64,000 nucleotides of DNA, taken from an uncultured Clostridia bacterium (lineage in GTDB: Bacteria; Bacillota; Clostridia; TANB77; CAG-465). Location of the stretch: positions 1,966 to 65,965 of the forward strand of contig CAKOYF010000001.1 of the NCBI GenBank assembly GCA_934130595.1. The letters are read 5' to 3'. The position numbers were made by a program, and so were the translations under genes. Shown piece after piece: positions 10,412-19,846 of this stretch (position 1 is its first letter; every line of letters begins with the position of its first letter). Under the pieces are notes generated by a model. The model worked only from the letters and a program-made list of their open reading frames with translations. It had not been told where the DNA came from and searched no databases.

Positions 10412-11158
10412 CTATTTGTTCTCAGCTTTCTTTGAATATAACTCATTTACACGTGCTAATGATTCATGTGTTCCTACATCATGCCATTGTCCAACAAATG
10501 GGTAAGCATAAAATGGCATTTTTTTGTATAAATAAGCTACAAAGTTACCTGGAGCATCTATTTTGTTTCCTTCATCAATATATTTTTTGAATTCAGGAAC
10601 AACTTCTCTTGGATATAAGTATACAGCAGAAGCTGCATATTTTCCCTTTGGTTCTTCTGGTTTTTCTTCAAATCCAACGATTTTTTGATTTTCGTCAGTT
10701 TCAACAACTCCAAGTCTTTTTAGACTCTCATGATCTTCTTCTTTTACACATATTGCTGATGTTCCTTTAGATTTTTGGAAATCTACGAAATCTCTCAATT
10801 TAAATGTAAATAGATTGTCTCCTGCTATTATTAATAAATCATCATCAATTTTAGCATTTTCAATTGTAAATTGGATATCACCAATTGCTCCAAGTCTATT
10901 TTCATTTGTTGTTGTTTTATCATTGAAAACTGTTATAGTCTTTTTATTATTTTTTTCATCAGCCCATTTTTGAAAATGAGGTGTATATTTATTATTAGTT
11001 ACTAAATATATTTCATCTACTTCGTCCAAAGAATTCACTTCATCGACAATATAGTCAAGTAAAGGTCTTCCCCCAACCTCTAATAATGCTTTAGGAAAAT
11101 TCTCAGTTAATGGGAATAATCTTGTTGCATATCCTGCACAAAGTAATATACATTTCAT
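10412..11158 (-). CDS. sugar-phosphate nucleotidyltransferase (NTP_transferase family)
   Basis: N-terminal LLCAGYATRLFPLTENFPKALLEVGGRPLLDY, a G-x-G-T-R-L-type signature. RBS AAGGAGAGG. Confidence 0.8.
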   Translation of the reverse strand: MKCILLCAGYATRLFPLTENFPKALLEVGGRPLLDYIVDEVNSLDEVDEIYLVTNNKYTPHFQKWADEKNNKKTITVFNDKTTTNENRLGAIGDIQFTIENAKIDDDLLIIAGDNLFTFKLRDFVDFQKSKGTSAICVKEEDHESLKRLGVVETDENQKIVGFEEKPEEPKGKYAASAVYLYPREVVPEFKKYIDEGNKIDAPGNFVAYLYKKMPFYAYPFVGQWHDVGTHESLARVNELYSKKAENK

Positions 11159-11290
11159 AAAATCCTCTCCTTATTATACAAATTCTTGATTCGTTAATTA
11201 CCATGTAATTATAACACATCAAGTTATTTTTTTCAATATTTATGTAATTAATATCAAAAAACAAAATCCCACATTTTTTGCAAAATATAT

Positions 11291-11324
11291 AAAAAAAGTA
11301 TTGCTATTTCAAAATAGCAATACT
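11291..11324 (-). terminator. Rho-independent terminator after the 331-aa orphan gene
   Basis: 12-bp stem agtattgctatt/aatagcaatact with a U7 tract on the minus strand. Confidence 0.8.
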
Positions 11325-11342
11325 TTCTAGTTTTTTGTTTTA

Positions 11343-12338
11343 TTATACTGATTCAATATCATTTAATTTTTCTTCAAATTCAGAAATTCTTTGTTCTGTT
11401 TCATATTGTTCAATTCTGTTTAAAGCATATAAATATTTTCTTTCTTGAGAAAGTAATGATTGATATTCTTCATTCCAATCTTCATGATTTTTTAGATTGT
11501 TATGAACATCATCTAATTTTTCTTCTAGTACAGATTTGATTGGATCTAAAACATTTGCACCTTTTTCTACTTTGATTCCGTTATCTACCATATATGTAAT
11601 AACTTCTGCAAATAATCTTTCACCTTGAACATTTACTCCTTCGTCTGTATTATCATGTAAAATTCCAACAACTTTATTTACTTGATCAATACCAATTCTA
11701 TCGAAAATAGTATCTACTCTTGAATCAATAAATTGTCCATTTTCACCAAATACTTCTTGACCTTTAATGAATAAATCTACATTGTTTTGGATTATTCTTG
11801 CTTGTTCAACAGGAAGTTCTTCTGTAGCTATTTTTAAAGCATGTCTATCATAGTATTTTCTGAATGCACTGTTACACATATCTTGTTCTTCTGAATATGG
11901 TTTGAAATATTGTGCATACTCTCTTAATACTTCATGTTGAGTTTTATCTCCACTCATATTAATTCTAAGTTCATCAATATTTTCTCCAAAATAAGTTGTA
12001 ACTTTTTGATCGATTCCATCTAGTTGATATGTCGGTTGAGCAATTTCTGCTTCTTGGATTGCTGAATCAGCAAACACACCATTTTCTTGTGCAAATACGC
12101 CCCCTGCTTTAATATCCTCTGCTGAATCTAAAGTAACCTCAGATGAAACATTGCTTAAAGATACTGATGAAGCTTGTACAGGTTCTTCATTTTGTAAAGT
12201 TTCTCCTGCATCTTGTTGTGTTCCAGATTTTAACATTAAATAATCTTGTTTTCTTCCGAACAATTTTGCAAACGCATTTTTTACTGAGTCAATATCTTCA
12301 AGAAATAATTTCCATTCATTTTTCCAAAATTCTAACAT
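11343..12338 (-). CDS. hypothetical protein (no recognisable domain)
   Basis: Long ORF with coding-like composition. ATG at 12338 with GAGGTG 8 nt upstream; the track start at 12347 is a GTG inside the RBS. Product starts MLEFWKNEWKLFLEDID. Confidence 0.65.
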   Translation of the reverse strand: MLEFWKNEWKLFLEDIDSVKNAFAKLFGRKQDYLMLKSGTQQDAGETLQNEEPVQASSVSLSNVSSEVTLDSAEDIKAGGVFAQENGVFADSAIQEAEIAQPTYQLDGIDQKVTTYFGENIDELRINMSGDKTQHEVLREYAQYFKPYSEEQDMCNSAFRKYYDRHALKIATEELPVEQARIIQNNVDLFIKGQEVFGENGQFIDSRVDTIFDRIGIDQVNKVVGILHDNTDEGVNVQGERLFAEVITYMVDNGIKVEKGANVLDPIKSVLEEKLDDVHNNLKNHEDWNEEYQSLLSQERKYLYALNRIEQYETEQRISEFEEKLNDIESV

Positions 12339-12530
12339 TAAAAACACCTCTTTTGTACATAATATAACCTACTATTATATGTAATTCCATTATATTAAAA
12401 GCGAAATCAAAATGCAATAACAAGAATATTTTATTTACATTTCAATAAGATTACATATATAGGTTTATTTACAAAAAGGTGCCTTTTAATCCATATTAAC
12501 TTTTGTAATAGTTTACAATAATTTTTATAA

Positions 12531-12686
12531 TTAATTCATTTGAAAAATATAATCTAACAAAGCTTTAAAATCACTTATATCTTCTTTGACCCTTTTCCAT
12601 TCACTTTTCCAAAAAGGATTAACATCACATTTTTGCTCTATTTCCATAATGCTAGGATATAACATTAACATTTTATTCTTTTTCAT
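12531..12686 (-). CDS. candidate small protein (51 aa) sharing an FWKxEWK...EDI motif with the downstream orphan
   Basis: Own translation MKKNKMLMLYPSIMEIEQKCDVNPFWKSEWKRVKEDISDFKALLDYIFQMN. GGAGG lies 11 nt upstream of the ATG. Below the ORF-track size cutoff. Confidence 0.35.
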   Translation of the reverse strand: MKKNKMLMLYPSIMEIEQKCDVNPFWKSEWKRVKEDISDFKALLDYIFQMN

Positions 12687-12845
12687 TTATAACTTGACCT
12701 CCAAAAAGTATCAATATTATACAAAAATCTTCATTTAAATTCAAGAACAAAATCATTTCATTTAAGTTACTTGTTATAACTATATGAACAGAAAGTATTT
12801 TATAGTATTTTTTAATAATATTTGTATTTACATAATTTTATTTCT

Positions 12846-13208
12846 TTATATTTTTAGCATATCTTTATATGGAAAATTTGATAATGAACCATATTCCCAA
12901 ATGTACAAATTATTATATCCCATACTATTTAGTATACCTATTGCCTCTTTAGTTCTTATACCACTAGAGCAATAAAGTATAATACATTTTTTTCCTTTAT
13001 ATTCGCTTTCACAAACTCTTAACTTTGAAACTGGTATATTTACAGCATTAACAACATGCATAATATTATATTCATTATTGCTTCTTACATCTATTAATAT
13101 ATTTTCTTTATCTAATATCATATCTCTTACTTTTTCATAACTAACTAAATTATATATAAGATTTCTAGAATTACATCTGGATCTTCTTAGGCCAAAAAAA
13201 TTAAACAT
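12846..13208 (-). CDS. single-domain rhodanese-like sulfurtransferase
   Basis: Active-site loop YCSSGIRTKEA and the rhodanese pattern LIDVRSNNEY. Confidence 0.8.
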   Translation of the reverse strand: MFNFFGLRRSRCNSRNLIYNLVSYEKVRDMILDKENILIDVRSNNEYNIMHVVNAVNIPVSKLRVCESEYKGKKCIILYCSSGIRTKEAIGILNSMGYNNLYIWEYGSLSNFPYKDMLKI

Positions 13209-13258
13209 AGCTATACCTTCTTTCTGATATAGTCTATGTTTAATTTAATTATTTATGA

Positions 13259-14458
13259 CTATTTTGCTTCAATTACTTCTTGTGTTTGTGTTGTTTTTGA
13301 ATCTTTATTTTTTATAATCATAGATACAAGTATACCTAAAGCCATAACAAATGTTATGAATTTGAATACTTCTCCAACGTATGGAATTGTTTCAAAGATT
13401 TCAATTGATAATAATGTTAATATTGTGATTACCATATTATTAACTTTCATACTACCTGAATTATATTTTTGTGTAGCATAGTTAGCAACAAAAACTCCAA
13501 ATATAACATTTTTTAGTATTGTTACTATTGCCATTACTGCAGCACCAAATATTAAGAAAGCAACTCCTAATTTTGTTAATAATGCGAGTAATACAATTCC
13601 CATGCATATTATTCCTAATAATGCTAAGTATGAATAAATTCCATTTTTTAATATACTTCTGTTGGCATTTAATTTTTCTCCAACTTTTTCTAATCTTTCT
13701 TTTTTGAATATTATTATTAATAATAAGAAGATTACTACGTTTCCTAAAGTAGAAACAAATATTTTTAAGCAATATTGTTTAAAATCAAATCCACTTTGTG
13801 AAACTTGTACATCAATTTTTGATTCTCCTACACTTTCTGGAACACTTAAGTTCTCATTTTGTGTATTTAATTCAATTTTACCTTGTACTGTAGCTGTTTC
13901 AGAGCAATTTAACTCTGTTACATTCATCTTAACATTTCCATTTATTTGACTATTTAAGTCTAATTCTTGTGCACCACCTAAAATATTACCTTCTATGTTG
14001 CCATTAACTTCTACTTTGTTTGCATAGCACACTAAATTATTTTTTACATTTGCATTTTCACCTATTGTAATTGTTCCTTTACAATATATGAAAGTTGTAT
14101 TTTCTATTGTTCCATTTATAATTACATTTCCAGTAGAAAAAATTGCAGAATACTCTGTATCAGAATTTAATCTTACTGTATCAGTACTATAAAGTACTTG
14201 AATTCCTTTTAATGGTTGAGTAACATCAATTGAAGATGTACTCATAAATACACCTGTTTGTGATATTGATTTATCTAGTTCTATTCTATTGTCTATCATT
14301 CTAATAAATGGTACACTAAAGTCTGATGTATCATCACTAAGTTTATATACTTCTGTTGAAGATTTACTATCAAAAATTTCAACTGCATATGTACTATTAA
14401 AAATACTAAAACATAATGCTAATACAACCATGACTGCTATAAATTTATTTTTAGTCAT
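13259..14458 (-). CDS. secreted/membrane protein with bactofilin-like (polymer-forming, beta-helical) repeats and a C-terminal multi-TM region
   Basis: Signal peptide MTKNKFIAVMVVLALCFSIFNSTYA. Repetitive NGxI/V.G motifs (NVIINGTIEN, VEVNGNIEGNILGG, INGNVKMN). Four or five C-terminal TM helices. Confidence 0.6.
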   Translation of the reverse strand: MTKNKFIAVMVVLALCFSIFNSTYAVEIFDSKSSTEVYKLSDDTSDFSVPFIRMIDNRIELDKSISQTGVFMSTSSIDVTQPLKGIQVLYSTDTVRLNSDTEYSAIFSTGNVIINGTIENTTFIYCKGTITIGENANVKNNLVCYANKVEVNGNIEGNILGGAQELDLNSQINGNVKMNVTELNCSETATVQGKIELNTQNENLSVPESVGESKIDVQVSQSGFDFKQYCLKIFVSTLGNVVIFLLLIIIFKKERLEKVGEKLNANRSILKNGIYSYLALLGIICMGIVLLALLTKLGVAFLIFGAAVMAIVTILKNVIFGVFVANYATQKYNSGSMKVNNMVITILTLLSIEIFETIPYVGEVFKFITFVMALGILVSMIIKNKDSKTTQTQEVIEAK

Positions 14459-14523
14459 ATCTTATTTTCCTCCTAATTATACATCTAATTGTATAATAAC
14501 TAGTCAAAAAAATCAATATAATT

Positions 14524-15399
14524 TTACATAGCTTTATTAATTCCATCAGTAATTATTTCTGTCATTATATCAATAAGCTCATCTATGTCTTTAGGAGTAA
14601 CTATATAGTTTTCCGTATCTAGCACATTAGCAATTTTATGATATCTTTCTCCTCTTTCATCACTTTCATTTTCTATTTTATTTAACGCTTCATTTGCTAT
14701 AGTAGCCATATCTACAACCATAGGAACACCTAATGATATTACTGTAGCTCCAGTACTTTTATTGTCTATTGATGTGTTTATTCCTGTTATGCCCGACCCA
14801 GGAGTTATACCAGTGTTACTTAGTTGAATTGATGCTCCTACTCTTTTTATTGATTTTGACATTAAGCTATCTATAGCTATTAAATAATGCGGTTTTACTA
14901 TATCTGCTATTGATGATATTATTTCACTAGTTTGTATTCCTGTGTTTCCCATAACTCCTGGACAGATTGCACTAACCTCACGAGTGTTAGAATCAATCAC
15001 ATTACTTGCAAATTTCAATATATGCCTTGTAACCTCTATTCCATTTACCACTTTAGATCCTAGTGCATCTGGTGTAACATATAGATTTCCAAGTCCTACA
15101 ACCATAACAGAATTATTATCTTTTATTAGTTTTTTCAAATACTCTTCTAATTTTTCTATTATTTTTTCTCTATCATCGATGTATTTTACATCTTCCATCT
15201 CAAATGTAACATACGTTCCAATTTCTTTTTCTATAGCTCTAGAACCATTTTCATTTGTTACATTAACTTGCGTAATTTTAAACTCATCATACTTTTCTTC
15301 TAGAATTTCAATTCCATCAATATCGCTCATATTGTTTATTTCTTTATATTCGTCAACTCTTTCATCTGCCATATCTGTATTAAATTTTAATTTCTGCAT
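14524..15399 (-). CDS. gpr: germination protease GPR (spore endopeptidase)
   Basis: N-terminal TDMADERV and the VVGLGNLYVTPDALG motif typical of GPR. Confidence 0.85.
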   Translation of the reverse strand: MQKLKFNTDMADERVDEYKEINNMSDIDGIEILEEKYDEFKITQVNVTNENGSRAIEKEIGTYVTFEMEDVKYIDDREKIIEKLEEYLKKLIKDNNSVMVVGLGNLYVTPDALGSKVVNGIEVTRHILKFASNVIDSNTREVSAICPGVMGNTGIQTSEIISSIADIVKPHYLIAIDSLMSKSIKRVGASIQLSNTGITPGSGITGINTSIDNKSTGATVISLGVPMVVDMATIANEALNKIENESDERGERYHKIANVLDTENYIVTPKDIDELIDIMTEIITDGINKAM

Positions 15400-15449
15400 A
15401 AAAAAACACCTCTTATATACAATTATGTATTTTAAGAGGTATTTTTATT

Positions 15450-16358
15450 CTATAACATGCAAATAATTTCTTTTAATCCTATTTCAAAATCCATTTCACC
15501 ATTTTTGGTATCTTTATCATACTTGTCAAAAGCATATATTATATTTTTTAATTCATCTTCTGTATATTTTTGACTAGCATAAGATAACTTTTTAACAATA
15601 AAAGGAGCAATTCCTAGTACCTGTGCAATATTTTTTTCTCCACTTTCTGTTAATAGTTTTATCATATATAGTTGTTTTATTTGCTTATATAACATTATAT
15701 ATATTTTTATAATTGGTTCTTTTTGTTTTAACAAGAAATCCAATTGCTTTATAGCTTTATCTTTTCTTTTATTTATTATATCATCTAATACGTCAAATAA
15801 CTTGGCATTAAGTGTTTTTGAGCAAACTTTATCTATTATCTCTTTGTTAACATTTCCACCTGGTTGAACATATATTACAAGTTTTTGGAGTTCGTTTATA
15901 TTATTATATTTGTCATTACCACATACATTTTGCATGTATTGTGCATCATCATATGATATAGACACTTTATATTTTTTTAGTATATCAATAATAAATTGTG
16001 TCATCTGTCGTTCATCTAAATATTTATATTCAATACATTCAGCAATTTTTGATAAAGTCTTATATTCAGATAATCTTTTATCTATTGTATCTTCAACAAT
16101 AATAACTTTAACATCTTCATCTAAATCTTTGATTAGGTTAACATCAAATTTTAAATTTGTATTTTTTATTATTATTAATTTTTCACTTCCAAAAAATGTC
16201 ACTCCTTGAACAACACTTTCAAGTTGGTCAATATTATCTAAATTAATATAAAACAAATTAACACCAACTTCTAGATTACTAAACTCTTTTTTTATTTTTT
16301 CTATTTTTTGATTTATATCGTATTTTTCTTCTCCATATAATAAATAAATATTGCTCAT
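15450..16358 (-). CDS. holA: DNA polymerase III delta subunit
   Basis: MSNIYLLYGEEKY start, with length and pattern typical of HolA. Confidence 0.8.
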   Translation of the reverse strand: MSNIYLLYGEEKYDINQKIEKIKKEFSNLEVGVNLFYINLDNIDQLESVVQGVTFFGSEKLIIIKNTNLKFDVNLIKDLDEDVKVIIVEDTIDKRLSEYKTLSKIAECIEYKYLDERQMTQFIIDILKKYKVSISYDDAQYMQNVCGNDKYNNINELQKLVIYVQPGGNVNKEIIDKVCSKTLNAKLFDVLDDIINKRKDKAIKQLDFLLKQKEPIIKIYIMLYKQIKQLYMIKLLTESGEKNIAQVLGIAPFIVKKLSYASQKYTEDELKNIIYAFDKYDKDTKNGEMDFEIGLKEIICML

Positions 16359-16364
16359 TATTTC

Positions 16365-17738
16365 TTACCTCAAGTTATCTATTTTCACTTTTTTTAATTC
16401 TTTTATGCTCTCTAATGCTATATTAGCCAAAGCTGTATATTTTTCTTTTTTATCTCTTATAGTTTTTTCCAGTGGCTTTAATATTCCAAAATTAGCATTC
16501 ATTGGTTGAAAGTCTTTATTTTCTGTTGAAACATATCCAGCAAGACTTCCAAGCATTGTATCTTCTGGAAATTCTATTGTTTTTCCATTTAATTTTGCTA
16601 AAATGCTGTATGCTACCATTAAGCCAGAAGCTGCAGATTCAACGTATCCTTCAACTCCTGAAATCTGTCCTGCAAAATATATGTCTGGTTCTTGTTTTAA
16701 ACAGAAATTACTATCTAATAGTCTTCCACCATTTATATATGTATTTTTATGCATTACACCATATCTTTCAAAAACTGCATTTTGAAGTCCTGGTATCATT
16801 GAAAATACTCTTTTTTGCTCTCCAAACTTTAAATTTGTTTGAAATCCAACAATATTAAATGATTGTCTTTCTTTATTTTCCATTCTAAGTTGAACATTTG
16901 CATAAGGTCTTCTACAAGTTCTAGGATCAGTAAATCCTACTGGTTTTAATGGTCCAAATCTTAATGTATCTATTCCTCTTTTTGCCATTATTTCAATTGG
17001 CATACATCCTTCAAATATTTCTCTTTTTTCAAATTCGTGTAGATTTACCACTTCTGCGTTTACAAGTTCATTACAAAAACTTTCATACTCTTCTTTATTC
17101 ATTGGAAGATTTAAATAATCTGCCTCTTTCATATTAGATATTCTCTCTAGCCATGCATACTCTTCTTCGTTTCTTGCTCTTTCTTGATCATATCTGTCTC
17201 CCCAGTATGCTATGCTCATATCTATTGAATCTCTAGAAATAATTGGAGCTGCTGCATCATAAAAATACAATTCATTATCTCCAAGCTTTACTTTCAAGCT
17301 ATTCATGAGACTATTGTCTGTTAAAGGTCCTGTAGCTATTACTTTAATACCTTCTATGTCATCTATAGTTTCAACTTTTTTGTTTATAATATTTATATTT
17401 TCTGTATTTTTTATTTTTTCAGTAATGTAACTTGAAAAAATTTCTCTATCTACTGCTAGAGCCTGTCCTGCTGGGACTTTAGAATTGTATGCAGCTTCAA
17501 TAAAAAGACTACCTAGTATTTCCATTTCTTTTTTTAATAATCCACAAGCATTTGTTAAAGCTTCTGATTTTAATGAATTACTACATACTAGTTCTGCAAA
17601 ATCATCTGATTTATGTGCCGCACTTTTTTCATTTGGTTTCATCTCATATAAATTAACTTCTAATCCATTTTTAGCTAATATATATGCACATTCGCATCCT
17701 GCAAGTCCTGCTCCTATTACATTTACTTTATTTATCAT
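16365..17738 (-). CDS. trmFO: methylenetetrahydrofolate-tRNA-(uracil-5)-methyltransferase TrmFO
   Basis: FAD-binding VIGAGLAGCE. Follows topA as in Bacillus. ATG at 17738 has GGAGA 8 nt upstream; 17753 has no SD. Confidence 0.95.
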   Translation of the reverse strand: MINKVNVIGAGLAGCECAYILAKNGLEVNLYEMKPNEKSAAHKSDDFAELVCSNSLKSEALTNACGLLKKEMEILGSLFIEAAYNSKVPAGQALAVDREIFSSYITEKIKNTENINIINKKVETIDDIEGIKVIATGPLTDNSLMNSLKVKLGDNELYFYDAAAPIISRDSIDMSIAYWGDRYDQERARNEEEYAWLERISNMKEADYLNLPMNKEEYESFCNELVNAEVVNLHEFEKREIFEGCMPIEIMAKRGIDTLRFGPLKPVGFTDPRTCRRPYANVQLRMENKERQSFNIVGFQTNLKFGEQKRVFSMIPGLQNAVFERYGVMHKNTYINGGRLLDSNFCLKQEPDIYFAGQISGVEGYVESAASGLMVAYSILAKLNGKTIEFPEDTMLGSLAGYVSTENKDFQPMNANFGILKPLEKTIRDKKEKYTALANIALESIKELKKVKIDNLR

Positions 17739-17822
17739 TTTTCTTTTCTCCATTCGTATTTATTATATTATACAAGTACCATTTTTGCAAGAAAAAACAG
17801 AGAGTTACCTCTCTGCTTAATA

Positions 17823-19790
17823 CTATTTTTTCTTTGGTTTTGTCCATGATATGTAATGACATTTACTATCTTCACTGTTAGTATTATTTTCGCATACATA
17901 AAAAGGTCTTCTTGTTTTTGTATGTTTTATTAATACTTTACCTCCACAGTCCGGACAAGGTACATCTATTGTTTCATTATATGGTTTTATGTTTTGGCAT
18001 TCTGGATATCCAGGACATGCAAGGAACTTTCCGAATCTTCCTTGTTTTATTACCATCTTTCTTCCACATTTTTCACATACAACATCTGTTTCTTGTTCTG
18101 GTACTTTTACCTTTTCAATTTTATCTTGTACTTCTAATAGATTTTTATTAAATGGCTCATAGAAGTTTCTTAGCATCTCTACGTAGTTTTGTTTTGACTC
18201 TGCTACTTTATCTAATTTATTTTCCATGTCTGCTGTAAATTTAACATCTACTATATCTTTGAAATTATCTTCTAGTAGTTTGTTTACAACTTCACCTAAA
18301 TCTGTAGGTTTTAAATATCTACCTTCTTTTTCTATGTATAGTCTTTCTTCAATAGTAGATATAGTTGGAGCATATGTACTTGGTCTACCAACACCTTTTT
18401 CTTCCATAGCTTTTACTAAACTTGCTTCTGTATATCTTGCTGGAGGTTCTGTTGTCTTCTTATCTGCTTTTAATTCTTTTTGCTCTAATATATCTCCAAT
18501 TTCAAATTCTGGTAAAACACGTTCTTCGTCATCATCGTCTTCTTCATTTTCTGTTCTAGATTTATTTTTATCGTCTTTTCCTTCAATATATAATTTCATA
18601 AATCCATCGAATTTTATTGTACTTCCATTTATATGGAAAATATAATCTTCTACGTCTACTTTTATTCTAGTAGTATCATATACAGCAACAGACATTTGAG
18701 AAGCTAAAAATCTATTTAATATTAAGTTATATAATTTTTCTTCATCTCTTCCAAGTTCTGGTTCAACATCTAAATGAGATGGTCTGATAGCTTCGTGAGC
18801 ATCTTGAGCATTTTCTTTTGCTTTAAATTCTCTATTTAAATAATAATTTTTTCCAAATTTATCTGTTATGTATTCTTTTGCCATCTTTTTAGCATCGTCA
18901 GACAATCTAGTTGAGTCTGTTCTCATATAAGTAATATAACCTGCTTCATATAGCTTTTGTGCAACCATCATTGTTTTCTTAACACCAAAGCCTAATTTTC
19001 TAGAAGCTTCTTGTTGTAAAGAAGATGTTGTAAATGGTGCAGGTGGATTTTTTCTTCTCTCACTCTTTTTTATATCTATAACTTTGTATTGCTTATTATC
19101 TATTTTTTTAATAATAGAATCAACTTGTGCTTTATCTTTTAAATCAATTCTACCATTTTTATCTCCATAGAACTTAGCTAAAATTACATCATTTTCTTTT
19201 TGTAATTTAGCATACATTAAAAAGTATTCTTCTGGTTTAAAATTTCTTATTTCTCTTTCACGATCTACAATTATTTTTAAGGCAACAGATTGTACTCTTC
19301 CAGCACTAGTTCCTTTTTTTACTTTTTTCCATAATAATGGGGATAACTTATATCCAACAATTCTATCTAATATTCTTCTTGCTTGCTGAGCATCAACTAA
19401 AGCTTGATTTACTGTTCTTGGCTTTTCAACAGCTTTTTTTACAGCATTTTTAGTTATCTCATTAAACTCAATTCTACATTTTTCATTATCATCAATATTT
19501 AATAGATTTTTTAAATGCCATGCAATGGCTTCTCCCTCTCTATCAGGGTCGGTTGCTAGATATACAACATCTTTTCCTTTTGCGTGGTCTTTTATTTCTT
19601 TTATTATTCCAGCTTTTCCTTTCATAGTTTTATACTCTGGTTTAAAATCATTATCTACATCTACAGCAAGTTTACTAGAAGGTAAATCTACAACATGCCC
19701 TTGAGAAGCAATAACTTCATAATCTCCTCCTAAGTATTTTTTTATAGTCTTAGCTTTTGAAGGAGATTCCACTATAACTAATTTTGCCAT
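17823..19790 (-). CDS. topA: DNA topoisomerase I
   Basis: TOPRIM start MAKLVIVESPSKAKTIKKYLG, active-site region YITYMRTDS, and C-terminal zinc ribbons. Confidence 0.95.
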   Translation of the reverse strand: MAKLVIVESPSKAKTIKKYLGGDYEVIASQGHVVDLPSSKLAVDVDNDFKPEYKTMKGKAGIIKEIKDHAKGKDVVYLATDPDREGEAIAWHLKNLLNIDDNEKCRIEFNEITKNAVKKAVEKPRTVNQALVDAQQARRILDRIVGYKLSPLLWKKVKKGTSAGRVQSVALKIIVDREREIRNFKPEEYFLMYAKLQKENDVILAKFYGDKNGRIDLKDKAQVDSIIKKIDNKQYKVIDIKKSERRKNPPAPFTTSSLQQEASRKLGFGVKKTMMVAQKLYEAGYITYMRTDSTRLSDDAKKMAKEYITDKFGKNYYLNREFKAKENAQDAHEAIRPSHLDVEPELGRDEEKLYNLILNRFLASQMSVAVYDTTRIKVDVEDYIFHINGSTIKFDGFMKLYIEGKDDKNKSRTENEEDDDDEERVLPEFEIGDILEQKELKADKKTTEPPARYTEASLVKAMEEKGVGRPSTYAPTISTIEERLYIEKEGRYLKPTDLGEVVNKLLEDNFKDIVDVKFTADMENKLDKVAESKQNYVEMLRNFYEPFNKNLLEVQDKIEKVKVPEQETDVVCEKCGRKMVIKQGRFGKFLACPGYPECQNIKPYNETIDVPCPDCGGKVLIKHTKTRRPFYVCENNTNSEDSKCHYISWTKPKKK

Positions 19791-19846
19791 TTTACTTCCT
19801 ACCCTTTCATACGATTTTAGATTATATCACAAATAAAATATTCAAA

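Noticed and set aside
12585-12591. Single GGTCAAA heptad (minus strand) considered as a CtsR site.
   Set aside because: It lies inside the candidate small ORF and lacks the second heptad required for a CtsR operator.
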